DNA of 64,000 nt from Brevinematales bacterium (GCA_020052515.1 JAGVOW010000064.1:3862-67861); one strand, 5' to 3'. Shown: positions 26,275 through 36,667, counted from the stretch's first letter. The notes: generated by a model not told the origin, from the sequence alone. Numbers and translations are program-made.

Positions 26275-26574
26275 ATGGCGGTAAACAGTTTCAAAGACAT
26301 GTCTAAATTAAAAAAAATGGCGGATGACGCTAAAAAATTTATGGATGTATCCAGAACGGTAGGGGTTTCAAAAAGAGGCTATGTAAAGATATCTTTAGAT
26401 GGTGAGAAGCATTTAAAGAGCGTTGATTTTTCCGCGGAGGCTATGAAACTTTCTCCGGAAGAACTGGCAAAGTGCGTCAAAGAAGCGCATAAAGCCGCCG
26501 CTAAAGAGATGGATAAAATTGTTAAAAAGCAGATGAAGACTTCTGGCCTTGGAAATATGTTGATGGGCCAATAG
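26275..26574 (+). CDS. ybaB: YbaB/EbfC-family nucleoid-associated protein
   Basis: About 99 aa. It occupies the conserved dnaX-ybaB-recR position. The sequence is divergent but has a compatible helix-strand layout. Confidence 0.7.
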   Translation: MAVNSFKDMSKLKKMADDAKKFMDVSRTVGVSKRGYVKISLDGEKHLKSVDFSAEAMKLSPEELAKCVKEAHKAAAKEMDKIVKKQMKTSGLGNMLMGQ

Positions 26575-26577
26575 TTC

Positions 26578-27171
26578 ATGTTTCCCAAAAATCTGGGCCA
26601 GTTTATCCGTTTGTTTTCAAGGCTGCCGGGTATAGGGGTAAAAACTTCAGAAAGATTAGGCTTTTATATCCTTTCTCAGCCGAAGGAGTTTGCGGATAGC
26701 CTCTCGGACGCGATTCATTTTTTAAAAGAAAAAGCGAAATTATGCTCTTTATGTGGGAATATTTCTGAGGATGACCCCTGTGTACTTTGTACGGATACCC
26801 ATAGGGATCAATCTGTGATCTGCGTTGTGGAAAACGCTATGGATATTTATTCAATTGAAGCGACCCATATTTATCAAGGGCTTTACCATGTTCTGGGGGG
26901 AGTCATTTCCCCTTTAGACGGAATTATGCCCAAAGATTTAAAAATTGAGTCTCTTCTGAAGAGAATTCAAGGCTCAAGTATAAAAGAAATAATTTTCGCG
27001 ACCAGCCCGACCACCGAAGGTGATACAACAGCTCTTTACATTAAAGAAATGTTAAAGGGAAAAAACATTAGAATGACCCATCTCGCCCGCGGTATCCCAG
27101 TGGGGACCGCTCTGCAGTACGCCGGGAACACAAGCCTTTTGCAGGCTATTCGAAGCAGGGAAGAAATATAA
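26578..27171 (+). CDS. recR: Recombination protein RecR
   Basis: HhH region LPGIGVKTSERL, Cys4 zinc finger CSLCGN...CVLC, and a Toprim domain VICVVE. Confidence 0.95.
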   Translation: MFPKNLGQFIRLFSRLPGIGVKTSERLGFYILSQPKEFADSLSDAIHFLKEKAKLCSLCGNISEDDPCVLCTDTHRDQSVICVVENAMDIYSIEATHIYQGLYHVLGGVISPLDGIMPKDLKIESLLKRIQGSSIKEIIFATSPTTEGDTTALYIKEMLKGKNIRMTHLARGIPVGTALQYAGNTSLLQAIRSREEI

Positions 27172-27238
27172 TATTTTTCTTGATTTTTCTAAAAACTGTT
27201 CTATACTAAACTAGCTTTTTTAAACGCAAGGAGGATTT

Positions 27239-28225
27239 ATGCGTAAGATTTTAATGGCGGTTTTTCTCAGTTTAGGATTATCTGGAGCTTTGTTTGCCGA
27301 TGATTTTTCGGATATGACAAATCAACTATCACAAGTTATGGGCACTGCTGTTAGTCCTATTTCTATTGAAATGGCAAAGCATATGGGTTTTTACACCGGC
27401 TCGGGTAACATCACACCGGTGAATACCGCTGGCTGGTTTAGTCTAAAGTTGGGGGCAGGAATAGGCCTTAATCTGTCTTCTCCTTTTCTTAATTACTGGA
27501 ATACGAAAACAAATCCTTTTACCAACACCAGTACCAATCCTATGTCCAGCCTTTTCAACGATGCGGGGACTGCCATAGCAATGGTACCTTTTCCATATGA
27601 CCTGGTCTATGCAAAGTTAGGAATACCGGTCCTGCCCATGGATATAGGGTTTCGCTTTGGAATTATTCCGCCATGGACCTTTAGTGATCCTTCAGGAAGC
27701 TCTGTTTCTTTCTTTGGCCTGCATCTGGGCGCGGAGGGAAGATATGTCCTCTGGGAAATACTGGGCGGCTTATTGAAAGTGGATGCACGGCTTTCCATGG
27801 ACTATAACAATGGTTATGTAAAAGGAAGCTATACTAAAATTGACACTGCTTATGTAAACAGCGTGGTTGTAGGAACCAATACATTAACAATAGGTGTGGA
27901 CTATGAATGGGGCGGCTTGTCTGTCGGTACAAAGCTTATGGGAGGGCTGAATATTCCGTTTATAGGAGGAATCTATGGGGGATTGGGATTGAATGTGAAT
28001 TTTGGCGCTGTCACGACAACCCTGACCGGTACTGGTAGGTTTTCTCCTGTTATTGGATCGGAACAAAGTTTCTCATTATCAGGCCCCGCTTCCCAGGGTT
28101 ATAACTTCCTGGATTTACGGCTAATCGGTGGATTCCAGCTTCTCTTTATCAACGCAGCTGTGGAATATGGCTTATTGAACGGAGACCTGGCAGTGACTAT
28201 TGTACCGATTTCTCTGGCGTTCTAA
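27239..28225 (+). CDS. Outer-membrane beta-barrel protein (328 aa)
   Basis: Signal peptide. The protein is Gly-rich with amphipathic strands. The C-terminus is ...IVPISLAF. Confidence 0.6.
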   Translation: MRKILMAVFLSLGLSGALFADDFSDMTNQLSQVMGTAVSPISIEMAKHMGFYTGSGNITPVNTAGWFSLKLGAGIGLNLSSPFLNYWNTKTNPFTNTSTNPMSSLFNDAGTAIAMVPFPYDLVYAKLGIPVLPMDIGFRFGIIPPWTFSDPSGSSVSFFGLHLGAEGRYVLWEILGGLLKVDARLSMDYNNGYVKGSYTKIDTAYVNSVVVGTNTLTIGVDYEWGGLSVGTKLMGGLNIPFIGGIYGGLGLNVNFGAVTTTLTGTGRFSPVIGSEQSFSLSGPASQGYNFLDLRLIGGFQLLFINAAVEYGLLNGDLAVTIVPISLAF

Positions 28226-28247
28226 AGAAAACATTACTTTTATAAAC

Positions 28248-28279
28248 AAATAGGCGACGATAATTATCGTCGCCTATTT
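28248..28279. terminator. Bidirectional intrinsic terminator, palindrome AAATAGGCGACGATAATTATCGTCGCCTATTT (B/D family, D2)
   Basis: 32-bp perfect palindrome with a GC-rich stem. An A-tract and a T-tract flank it, and further Ts follow. It lies between convergent genes. Confidence 0.75.
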
Positions 28280-28337
28280 TTCTTTCCTTTCACTCTCTAT
28301 TTCGCAAAAGAGGGGTACCCAGCAGTTCGCGGGCTAA

Positions 28338-28362
28338 AGCCCTCGGCTACATTTAAAATTAT
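28338..28362. repeat. Family C hairpin element, inverted copy (C3)
   Basis: The reverse complement, ATGTAGCCGAGGGCTTTAGCCCGCG, matches the family C consensus. Confidence 0.75.
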
Positions 28363-28388
28363 TAAAACATCTAATTTATCGACATCCG

Positions 28389-30050
28389 CTAAAACGAAAA
28401 AGACATGGCAATTCCAGAATACCCTTGAAAAGGATCGATTTTAAAGCCAAGATAAATCTCTTCATTGTAAAGAGCCCATGCGGTGAGGGGAAAGGCAATC
28501 AAGAAAGCGCTGATTTGTCCCCAGGAACGGGAAACACTGAACATCTGATTGTAATATTGATATTGAGTAAGATATTCAGTATTTGTATTGCCGGTAGCTA
28601 TATACCAATCCATGTAATGAGACGCCTGGTAATGAGAATAAATGTTTACTCCGATCCAGAACACGGTAAGCCCCCATCCCGCGTAAGCCGCCCACCAGTA
28701 AATTTTCTTGTTCCATTGAGGAGTACCTTCGTATTCCAGGAGTGAAGTGTCTAATCTATAAACTTGATTGGTATCTTGTAAAGTAAAAGTATGGTAATAG
28801 GGAAAATAATTGGTAGAGGAATCTTGAATTTTTAAACGATGTTCTATTTCTAATGTCAAATTAGTTACAGTAAGCGGTGTAGCTCCTAAAAAAATCGAAT
28901 CGATAAAAACATTGGCATTGGTAGGCGTCGAGTTTACTTCGATTGTCCCTCCATCCAGAAGTTTGCTGATTTTCTTTCTGATAAAATTGGTTTTATTCTC
29001 TAAAATAATGCCCTCCGCCGCTAACTGATGGTAGCCCTGCTTGTAGAAAGAGACCTGATGTTTTCCGGCAGTTACTGCCGGGTAATAAAGCGGGCTTTTG
29101 CCGATAAACATCCCATCCAGATAAATATTGGCCTCAGCTGGTTCTGTGGCAATAATAATATCCCCATTTGGTTTTTCAAGCGAAAAAATCCTTATCGTTT
29201 TCAATGTCCTGAATAAGCCATCCGGGGTTTTATCTTCACGGGCAATAATAGTTAAATTTGTTTCCACTTCATTAGTAACGAACCTCTTTAGATGAATTTT
29301 TATTTCCAAATCATTGGGGCCTTTATTTTTTTGCGAAATCTTATATTCCCCGGAGAGATAAATTGAAAATCTTTCTGTATTCGTAAGGGTAGAGATATTT
29401 GTCTTTTCATTTGTGACAATAAAAGGCATAAAAGCGATTGAATTGGTTAATTCCGGAAATTCCTGGGTAATTAAATTCAAAAGAAGTTCTTTGGTGAGTT
29501 TCTTTTCGTTTGTAATATATGTGTTTGAAAAAACATCGTTTGTTTGAATCTGGACGATAGTGTTTGGAACAAAGGTGAGATTCCACACATTTTTTTTCTT
29601 GCCGCTTTTTGGATCGCTTGCCTCAATAAGATTTGAATTTGTTGTCTGGGTTTCCAGGTAGTTTGTGGCTATTAATTTTGTATACTGGGTAATAGTTGTT
29701 GCCATATTAGTCGTATAATTTGAAAAAATCGAATTGGAAGCAGTGATCAGATTTGATAGTGATTCTGGAATTACAATATCAAAGGCCTCCAATGAAGCTG
29801 AAATACTTTCATTTTCAAGAGGCTTTAAATAGCTCATGATCACTTCCGGAATAGCCTGCGAAAGATAATCCACATCCGCGTTTTGAGAAACGTTCTCAAA
29901 TTTATAAATGTGGAAAGTAATATTATTTTTAAACAAACCCAGAATTGAACTTTTTACATTGTCGCGCAACTTCATATCTTCTTCTTTTACGATCTTGTTT
30001 GAACAGGAAATAAAAGATAAAAAACACAATAGGACAATTACTCTTTTCAA
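28389..30050 (-). CDS. PEGA-domain lipoprotein with a C-terminal hydrophobic region
   Basis: Two PEGA-like domains: EANIYLDGMFIGKSPLYYPAVTAGKHQVSFYKQGY and NANVFIDSIFLGATPLTVTNL. The probable start is TTG 30050, with GGAGG 5 nt upstream, giving LKRVIVLLCFLSFIS-C (lipobox). The track ORF extends to ATG 30125, which abuts the upstream stop. Confidence 0.72.
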   Translation of the reverse strand: MKRVIVLLCFLSFISCSNKIVKEEDMKLRDNVKSSILGLFKNNITFHIYKFENVSQNADVDYLSQAIPEVIMSYLKPLENESISASLEAFDIVIPESLSNLITASNSIFSNYTTNMATTITQYTKLIATNYLETQTTNSNLIEASDPKSGKKKNVWNLTFVPNTIVQIQTNDVFSNTYITNEKKLTKELLLNLITQEFPELTNSIAFMPFIVTNEKTNISTLTNTERFSIYLSGEYKISQKNKGPNDLEIKIHLKRFVTNEVETNLTIIAREDKTPDGLFRTLKTIRIFSLEKPNGDIIIATEPAEANIYLDGMFIGKSPLYYPAVTAGKHQVSFYKQGYHQLAAEGIILENKTNFIRKKISKLLDGGTIEVNSTPTNANVFIDSIFLGATPLTVTNLTLEIEHRLKIQDSSTNYFPYYHTFTLQDTNQVYRLDTSLLEYEGTPQWNKKIYWWAAYAGWGLTVFWIGVNIYSHYQASHYMDWYIATGNTNTEYLTQYQYYNQMFSVSRSWGQISAFLIAFPLTAWALYNEEIYLGFKIDPFQGYSGIAMSFSF

Positions 30051-30125
30051 AAAAGCCTCCAGGGGCAATCTGATTTTAAGGTGTTTTATTATAAAGCAGG
30101 AGGCTTTTTCTGTCAAAAGGAACAA

Positions 30126-32171
30126 TTACCCGATAATGTCCAATAGCTCGTATATTTTAATTGGCGAAGAATACCCTTTTACCCTAATAGAATCAAGTTC
30201 CCTGACTATAACAGAATCTTTTGCTTTTTCATAAGTAAACTCGCTGATAATGATGTTTGTTTTATAAGTTTTATTTTCATCCTGAAGATCCTCCGCTAAT
30301 GTTGATGTTTCTCCAATTGCGGTGTAATTTTTCTTTTTTTCCGAGCCGATATTTCCAACCGTGATACAGCCGCTGTTTAAACCAATACCGATGTTGATAG
30401 GTTTGCGGCCTTGCTGTGCCTGCTCTTCGTTGAATTTCTTCAAAGCTTCCATCATTTTTACAGCGGCCCTGCAGCCGTTCAAGGCATGGTTGGGAAGCTC
30501 TATTGGAGTTCCCCAGAAAGCCACAACCGCGTCGCCGATGTATTTATCCAGAGTGCCTTTCGTTTCCATAACAATATCGGTCATTCGCGAAAGATAAATG
30601 TTGAGAAAGCTAATCAGTTCCTTCGGCGACATTCCTTCCGAAAGCGTTGTGAAACTACGAATATCCGAAAAGAGAATAGTGGCGTCTTTGTCCAGTCCAC
30701 CTAATTGCAGCATATCCGGATTTTGAATGAGAATATTAACTAAATCCGGGTTTACGTATTTGGAAAAAGTGCTTTTGATAAAGCGCTTTTCCTTTTCTTC
30801 CGTCAGAATAATGTATATTTCTCCCACGACAAGAACGAGAATCGAAATAATCATAGGTATAAGCGTAATGATTTGAATATTAAACTGAAAAAGCCCAAAA
30901 CCCAGCGCGAGAGGAATCGCGATAGAAAAAGCAAAGGCTGCAATTGTCGTCCGGATGCCTTTAAACAATAAAAAGGCAATCAAAAGGGTAAATAAAAGAA
31001 TATAAAGGGCATTCAGCCACACCGGCAGCGAAATAATAAAATCCCGGTTCACAATAGTTCCGATCGCATAGGCCAGATGCTCAGTACTGTTCATCTGGCC
31101 CAGGGGTGATGGCCAGCTATTGACAGTACTGCCTTGAATATTGTAGCCAACCAGAACAACAGCGTTTCTGGGGAGGCCGGTTTTATCAATATTGTCTTTT
31201 GAAAAATACTTCGCGGAAATACCCCTTAAATAACCTGAGTTTGCTTCCCCTTTATAGTTTATAGACAGCCTATAGAATTCATCTGTAGGAATAGTAAAAT
31301 CATTTTTAACCAAAATTCCATCCTTTTGTAGTTGGATGTCCTTAAAATCCGCTTTCAGCAGTTTCAGAGCTATGGCCAGAGCGGCAGAAGGGTAATAAAC
31401 TTCTTTAATCTTAATCGAATCGCCTGTTTTGACTTTATAATAAGTCTTCATCACCATCGGGCATTTTCTATAAATATCGTCTTCTTCATCCACATTAATG
31501 GTTCCCATAATTTTTGCGGATTCCGCCAATTCAGGAATAGGAGAAACAATTTTCGCGTATGCCTTGACCGGCAAGTTTTTGTCTATCTTTAATTCAAACT
31601 TTTTTAATGACTTTGCTTGCGGAGAGTCGTAATCCTGCGTTTCTTTGCTGTTGTTAATGGAGCTTTTATCGTAAAAATCCTCCAGCATCATGTTTTCACC
31701 GGCATTGCCTTTGTAGTTTTTTAAGGCCTCTTGAAAAGCTTTGTCGCTTTCAGGTTTCGCGGAAGGCTCATTGAAAAAGATGTCAAAAAACACCATCCGG
31801 GGAATGGATTCTTCGTCCTGCGTATTGTAATACTGAAGCATATCCGCCCATACCGCCCGGTCAATAACAAGATTGCCATAATACTGCACCGCGGCGTCAT
31901 CTACTGAAGCAACGACAATCTTTTTATAGATACCGCTTACCGCTTTTGTTTTAATAGTACCAATGACAGCTTCGGCTTTTGTAGCCGCTTTTGATAAGAA
32001 ACGCCAATTCAAAGATATATTTTCCACATTCCGGAGAAGTGATCGGAGCCCGATTACATCAAACCGCGGAGGGATATTGTAAAAACCCAGGACAATCACT
32101 ATGAAAAACAAAGAAATAAATAAAATAAAAAGAGATTTGTTATATTTTTTCTTCTGCTTTACCTGCGACAT
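30126..32171 (-). CDS. CHASE2-domain class III adenylate/guanylate cyclase, 'C1-like' paralog
   Basis: Layout is an N-terminal TM helix, a periplasmic CHASE2-type domain of about 330 aa, 3 TM helices, then the cyclase domain. Both metal Asp residues are present (ILFSDIRSFT, KYIGDAV). The transition-state motif reads ETSTLAEDL instead of D.VN.ASRL. Confidence 0.9.
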   Translation of the reverse strand: MSQVKQKKKYNKSLFILFISLFFIVIVLGFYNIPPRFDVIGLRSLLRNVENISLNWRFLSKAATKAEAVIGTIKTKAVSGIYKKIVVASVDDAAVQYYGNLVIDRAVWADMLQYYNTQDEESIPRMVFFDIFFNEPSAKPESDKAFQEALKNYKGNAGENMMLEDFYDKSSINNSKETQDYDSPQAKSLKKFELKIDKNLPVKAYAKIVSPIPELAESAKIMGTINVDEEDDIYRKCPMVMKTYYKVKTGDSIKIKEVYYPSAALAIALKLLKADFKDIQLQKDGILVKNDFTIPTDEFYRLSINYKGEANSGYLRGISAKYFSKDNIDKTGLPRNAVVLVGYNIQGSTVNSWPSPLGQMNSTEHLAYAIGTIVNRDFIISLPVWLNALYILLFTLLIAFLLFKGIRTTIAAFAFSIAIPLALGFGLFQFNIQIITLIPMIISILVLVVGEIYIILTEEKEKRFIKSTFSKYVNPDLVNILIQNPDMLQLGGLDKDATILFSDIRSFTTLSEGMSPKELISFLNIYLSRMTDIVMETKGTLDKYIGDAVVAFWGTPIELPNHALNGCRAAVKMMEALKKFNEEQAQQGRKPINIGIGLNSGCITVGNIGSEKKKNYTAIGETSTLAEDLQDENKTYKTNIIISEFTYEKAKDSVIVRELDSIRVKGYSSPIKIYELLDIIG

Positions 32172-32185
32172 AAATTCCCCTCCTC

Positions 32186-34276
32186 TTATTTAATGTCCAA
32201 TAGTTCGTATATTCGCACCGGCTTGTTTTTCCCTTTTACTTTAGTTAAATCAAGCTCTCTGGCGATCACATTGTTTTTGACTAACTCATATGTAAATTCG
32301 CTTAAAACAATATTGGTATGAAAAAACTTGTTCAGGCCTTTCAAACGGGATGCCAGATTGACCGCGTCGCCGATAGCCGTATAGTTTTTTTGCTGCTCTG
32401 ATCCGACATTCCCCACAATAATATTTCCGGTATTGATGCCAATGTTTATTTTAATTGGTTTATAACCCTTTTTTGCCTGTTCGGCATTAAATTCCTGCAG
32501 CGCTTCTATCGTTTTTACGCTGGCCTGGCAGGCTTTTAAAGCATGGTCCGGAAGATCGACCGGCGCGCCCCAGAAGGCCATCACACAATCACCGATGTAT
32601 TTGTCCAGGGTTCCGCTTGTGTTGATGACAATATCCGCCATCTTTGAAAAATAACTGTTTAGATAGCTGATCAGTTCCTTTGCGTCGACATTATCTTTGA
32701 TGCTTTCCAGGCCCTTTGTCGCCGAAAAGAAGACCGTTACTTCTTTATCTTCACCGCCTAATTGAATGCGTTCCGGGTTTTGAATCAAGATATCGACTAA
32801 TTTTGGATTGAGGTAGCTGGAAAAGGTAGAATGGATAAATTTCTTCTCTTTTTGTTCTGTCAACAAGACATATATTTGCACGGCTACCAGTATGAGAACA
32901 CCGGAAAGTAAAGGCAGAAAGGTAACAATCTGGATGTTAAATAGAAACAAAGAGATTCCCAGCGCTAAAGGAATAATGAAAAACAGCGCCGTTGCCACAA
33001 TCGTCGAACGGGTTCCACGGGACACCATCCAGCCGATCAGCATAGAAATCAAAAATAAATAAAGGATATCAATCCACTCTGGTACTTCCGTAATGAAATT
33101 TCTTTTCAGCAGGGTGCCTAATACGTACGCGTTATGCTCGATCCCAAACATTTCCCCCAGTGGAGAAGCCCATTTATCTAAAGCCATTGACTTTGAGTAC
33201 ATTCCGACAAAAACAAAAGCGTTCTTCACTAATTCCGTATGAGCAATATCTTTCAATGGCACAATGCGGACATAGCCGCTCTGGGGGCTTGATTCGTAGT
33301 TTATCGAAAGTCTCCATCGATCGTCAACGGGTATAATAAAGTCAGTTTTTTGTCCGTTATAAACCGCGTTTTTAATGGTCACCTGATTTTTCTCAAAAAC
33401 CAGATTGCTAATATCGGAGTGAAACAGCTTTACAGCCATTGCCAGAACAACTGAAGGATAATAGACATTGGTTATAGTAAAATTGTTGTTATTGGTGAGA
33501 AAATAGCTGGCTCTCACAACCATCGGTTTCTTCAAGACCACACCCTGTCCATGGTCAATATTTGCTGATCCAAGAAAGCCCAGAGATTTAGAAATATCGG
33601 CCATAACAGGGGCTACGCGCGGAAAATTCATAGTTTTTTTCAGCTTTTGATTTAAATTCAATTCAAAGCGCTTCATTGCTTGTACTCTTTGTGAATCGTA
33701 ATTCAAAGACTCATTTTCATAGAGAGTTTTTCGGATCTTGCTGTCTTCTGTAATATTTATCTTTGTGCTGAAGACATCCAATATGATATCTTCGCCTACT
33801 AAGCTGGAGTAATTACTAAAGGCTTCAATCAATGCTTTGTCACTTTCCGGTCTCTGGCTTGGTTCTGCGAATATGATATCAAAAAAGACCAGAGAGGGCA
33901 TAGATTCTTTGGGAAGTGAGTTAAAATGATTCAGGAGATCGGCGTAGACTTTTCTGTCCAAAGGATAGCTTACTCCGAAAGAGCGGATAGAAGCATCGTC
34001 AACGGCGGCAATCACAAACTGATTATACACGTCTTTTTTGCCGTAATTTGTCAACGCGAGTGGAACGCTGGAGTTTTTTCCCTCTAAAATAGATTTTACT
34101 TTAAAGCGAAGATTGATGGAAGAAGTCTCAAATGCCTGAAACTTTTCCTTTATTTTAAAGACAGCGCCTTCATCCATATAATAATAAAAACCAGCGACAA
34201 ACAGAAATACTAAAAATGAAATAATAAAGACAACAGAGTATTTGCCAAATTTTTTCCAGAATCTGTTTGTTGCCAT
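32186..34276 (-). CDS. CHASE2-domain class III adenylate/guanylate cyclase, 'C2-like' paralog
   Basis: Same architecture as the downstream paralog. The first metal-site motif reads VFFSATKGLE (Asp replaced by Ala). KYIGDCV and DAVNLASRL are intact. An AGGAGG RBS lies 12 nt after the glgB stop. Confidence 0.9.
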   Translation of the reverse strand: MATNRFWKKFGKYSVVFIISFLVFLFVAGFYYYMDEGAVFKIKEKFQAFETSSINLRFKVKSILEGKNSSVPLALTNYGKKDVYNQFVIAAVDDASIRSFGVSYPLDRKVYADLLNHFNSLPKESMPSLVFFDIIFAEPSQRPESDKALIEAFSNYSSLVGEDIILDVFSTKINITEDSKIRKTLYENESLNYDSQRVQAMKRFELNLNQKLKKTMNFPRVAPVMADISKSLGFLGSANIDHGQGVVLKKPMVVRASYFLTNNNNFTITNVYYPSVVLAMAVKLFHSDISNLVFEKNQVTIKNAVYNGQKTDFIIPVDDRWRLSINYESSPQSGYVRIVPLKDIAHTELVKNAFVFVGMYSKSMALDKWASPLGEMFGIEHNAYVLGTLLKRNFITEVPEWIDILYLFLISMLIGWMVSRGTRSTIVATALFFIIPLALGISLFLFNIQIVTFLPLLSGVLILVAVQIYVLLTEQKEKKFIHSTFSSYLNPKLVDILIQNPERIQLGGEDKEVTVFFSATKGLESIKDNVDAKELISYLNSYFSKMADIVINTSGTLDKYIGDCVMAFWGAPVDLPDHALKACQASVKTIEALQEFNAEQAKKGYKPIKINIGINTGNIIVGNVGSEQQKNYTAIGDAVNLASRLKGLNKFFHTNIVLSEFTYELVKNNVIARELDLTKVKGKNKPVRIYELLDIK

Positions 34277-34288
34277 AGATTCCTCCTG

Positions 34289-36502
34289 CTATTTTTTTAG
34301 CGGCTTAAAGATTAAGCCGGCCAAAGGCGGCAAAGTAATATTGATAGAATAAGGTTTTCCCTGCCAATTTATCTCTTCCGCTTCCACGCCTCCGGTATTG
34401 CCGATATTTCCGCCCCCATATTCACTGGAATCTGAGTTCAATATTTCCTGATAAAAACCAAGCTGATTTACTCCCAGCCTGTAATCGCTTCTTGGAACAG
34501 GCGTAAAATTGAAGGCGGCAACAATAAAATCCCCGTTTTTAGCTTTTCTCATAAAAGAAAGGACACTGTTGTCCGAATCATAAAAATCGACCCACTCAAA
34601 ACCATAAGGCTCAAAATCCACTTCATAGAGGGCCGGTTCATTCTTGTAAATCTCATTCAGGCCTTTTACCAGTTTTGAGAGTTTGGCATGCGGTTCATAT
34701 TGGCAAAGGTGCCAGTCAAGGCTTTTATTTTCACTCCATTCATCCCATTGCCCAAAATCCTGGCCCATAAAAAGAAGCTTTTTTCCTGGATGTGCCCACA
34801 TATAAGTGTATAAAAGCCGCAAATTTGCAAATTTTTGCCAGTTGTCACCGGGCATTTTGTTAATCATGGAGCCTTTTCCGTGCACCACTTCGTCATGAGA
34901 AAAAACCAGAATAAAATTTTCGCTGAAAGCGTATATCATCGAAAACGTAATTGTTCCCTGATGGTATTTCCGGTGAATAGGCTCCTTTTGAAAGTATACC
35001 AGCGTGTCGTGCATCCAGCCCATATTCCATTTAAATTCAAAGCCCAAACCACCAACGTAAGTAGGGCGGGAAACACCCCCAAAAGCTGTGGATTCTTCAG
35101 CGATAGTCGTAATTCCAGGGTACTTTGAATAGACAATCTGATTCATCTTCTGCATAAAATCAATCGCTTCAAGATTTTCCCTACCGCCATATTGATTCGG
35201 GAGCCACTCGCCTTCTTTTCGGCTATAATCGAGATAGAGCATAGAAGCTACGGCGTCTACCCGCAGGCCATCAATATGGTACTGGCCCAGCCAGAAAAGG
35301 GCATTGGAAATCAAAAAATTACGGACTTCATTCCTTCCATAATTAAATATTTTTGTTCCCCAGTCCATATGTTCGCCCTTTCGCGGGTCATAATGTTCAT
35401 AAAGGGAAGTCCCATCAAAGTTTGCCAATCCATGCACGTCTTTTGGAAAATGTCCTGGCACCCAATCCATCAGCACTCCAATGTTATTTTGGTGCATAAC
35501 ATCCACAAAATGCATAAAATCTTCGGGAGTACCAAAACGGCTGCTTGGGGCAAAATACCCGGTAATCTGATAACCCCATGAGCCGTCAAAAGGATGCTCT
35601 GATACAGGCATTAGTTGAATGTGAGTGTAGCCCATCTGAATAACGTATTCAGAAAGCTTTGTTGCCAATTCCTGATAGGTTAAAAAACGATTGTTTTCTT
35701 CTAAAACCCGCATCCATGAGCCCAGATGAACTTCATAAATGGACATTGGCTTCGCCAGATTTTGACTTTCAGCCCGTTTTTTCATCCATTTTTTATCTTT
35801 CCATTTATATTTATTGATATTCCATACAATAGAGCCGGTTTTAGGGCGTAATTCCGCGAAATGAGCATAAGGGTCTGCTTTTTCCAGAATGGTGTTATTT
35901 TGGTCCTTAATCGCAAATTTATAAACATCTCCCTCGGAAAGGCCTGGTATAAATATTTCCCAGATACCGGAGCTTCCCAGTACCCGCATTTGATGCCTTC
36001 TACTGTCCCAGCCGTTAAAATCACCGAAGACACTGGCGGCTTTCGCGTTCGGAGCCCAGACCGCAAAATGGACTCCTTTTATTCCGTCTATTTCCGTTAA
36101 ATGCGCACCTAATTTTTCATAGATTTCCTGATGGCTGCCTTCGTTAAAAAGATGCCGGTCAAATTCAGAAATAACCGGAAGAAAAGAATAGGGGTCTTTG
36201 TAAATCTGAATAGCTCCATTGTAATATTCCGCTTTTAAACTATAATGAAAACAAGTGTTTTTTTGAGGATGGGTAAATTCAAAAAAGCCATTGTCAAAAA
36301 TACGGGGCATTTCGTATTGTTCTTTTTTCTCGGTATCTTCATCTAAAATCCACATTTTTTTAGCGGCAGGATTAAAAGCACGAATGACGCCTAATTTTTT
36401 CTGATTAGTTTGGACTTCATGAAAGCCCAAAACCTGAAATGGGTCATGGTACTCAAAATCGAATACTTTATTTAAAATGCCTACAGGAGCAGTATGATTC
36501 AT
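34289..36502 (-). CDS. glgB: 1,4-alpha-glucan branching enzyme
   Basis: 737 aa. GH13 motifs are [25 protein letters not shown] and FVFSHDEV. An N-terminal CBM48-like region is present. Confidence 0.95.
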   Translation of the reverse strand: MNHTAPVGILNKVFDFEYHDPFQVLGFHEVQTNQKKLGVIRAFNPAAKKMWILDEDTEKKEQYEMPRIFDNGFFEFTHPQKNTCFHYSLKAEYYNGAIQIYKDPYSFLPVISEFDRHLFNEGSHQEIYEKLGAHLTEIDGIKGVHFAVWAPNAKAASVFGDFNGWDSRRHQMRVLGSSGIWEIFIPGLSEGDVYKFAIKDQNNTILEKADPYAHFAELRPKTGSIVWNINKYKWKDKKWMKKRAESQNLAKPMSIYEVHLGSWMRVLEENNRFLTYQELATKLSEYVIQMGYTHIQLMPVSEHPFDGSWGYQITGYFAPSSRFGTPEDFMHFVDVMHQNNIGVLMDWVPGHFPKDVHGLANFDGTSLYEHYDPRKGEHMDWGTKIFNYGRNEVRNFLISNALFWLGQYHIDGLRVDAVASMLYLDYSRKEGEWLPNQYGGRENLEAIDFMQKMNQIVYSKYPGITTIAEESTAFGGVSRPTYVGGLGFEFKWNMGWMHDTLVYFQKEPIHRKYHQGTITFSMIYAFSENFILVFSHDEVVHGKGSMINKMPGDNWQKFANLRLLYTYMWAHPGKKLLFMGQDFGQWDEWSENKSLDWHLCQYEPHAKLSKLVKGLNEIYKNEPALYEVDFEPYGFEWVDFYDSDNSVLSFMRKAKNGDFIVAAFNFTPVPRSDYRLGVNQLGFYQEILNSDSSEYGGGNIGNTGGVEAEEINWQGKPYSINITLPPLAGLIFKPLKK

Positions 36503-36667
36503 AATAGTAGTCCCCTCTAACTTTGCTCTTATTTAAATGATAAAAGAAAACTAAAAATTTGCAATAGTAAATTGGTTAAATGAGGATAAATTGAGAGAGA
36601 GTTTTTGTATAAAAATTGCTATTTAAGTTTTTTACCGTAAAATATATTTGCTGAATTTTTTGAAAAT

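Noticed and set aside
34819-34828. GCAAATTTGC palindrome resembling half of the candidate Zur box
   Set aside because: It lies inside the glgB coding sequence, is short (10 bp) and lacks the full 23-bp architecture. It is most likely chance in AT-rich DNA.
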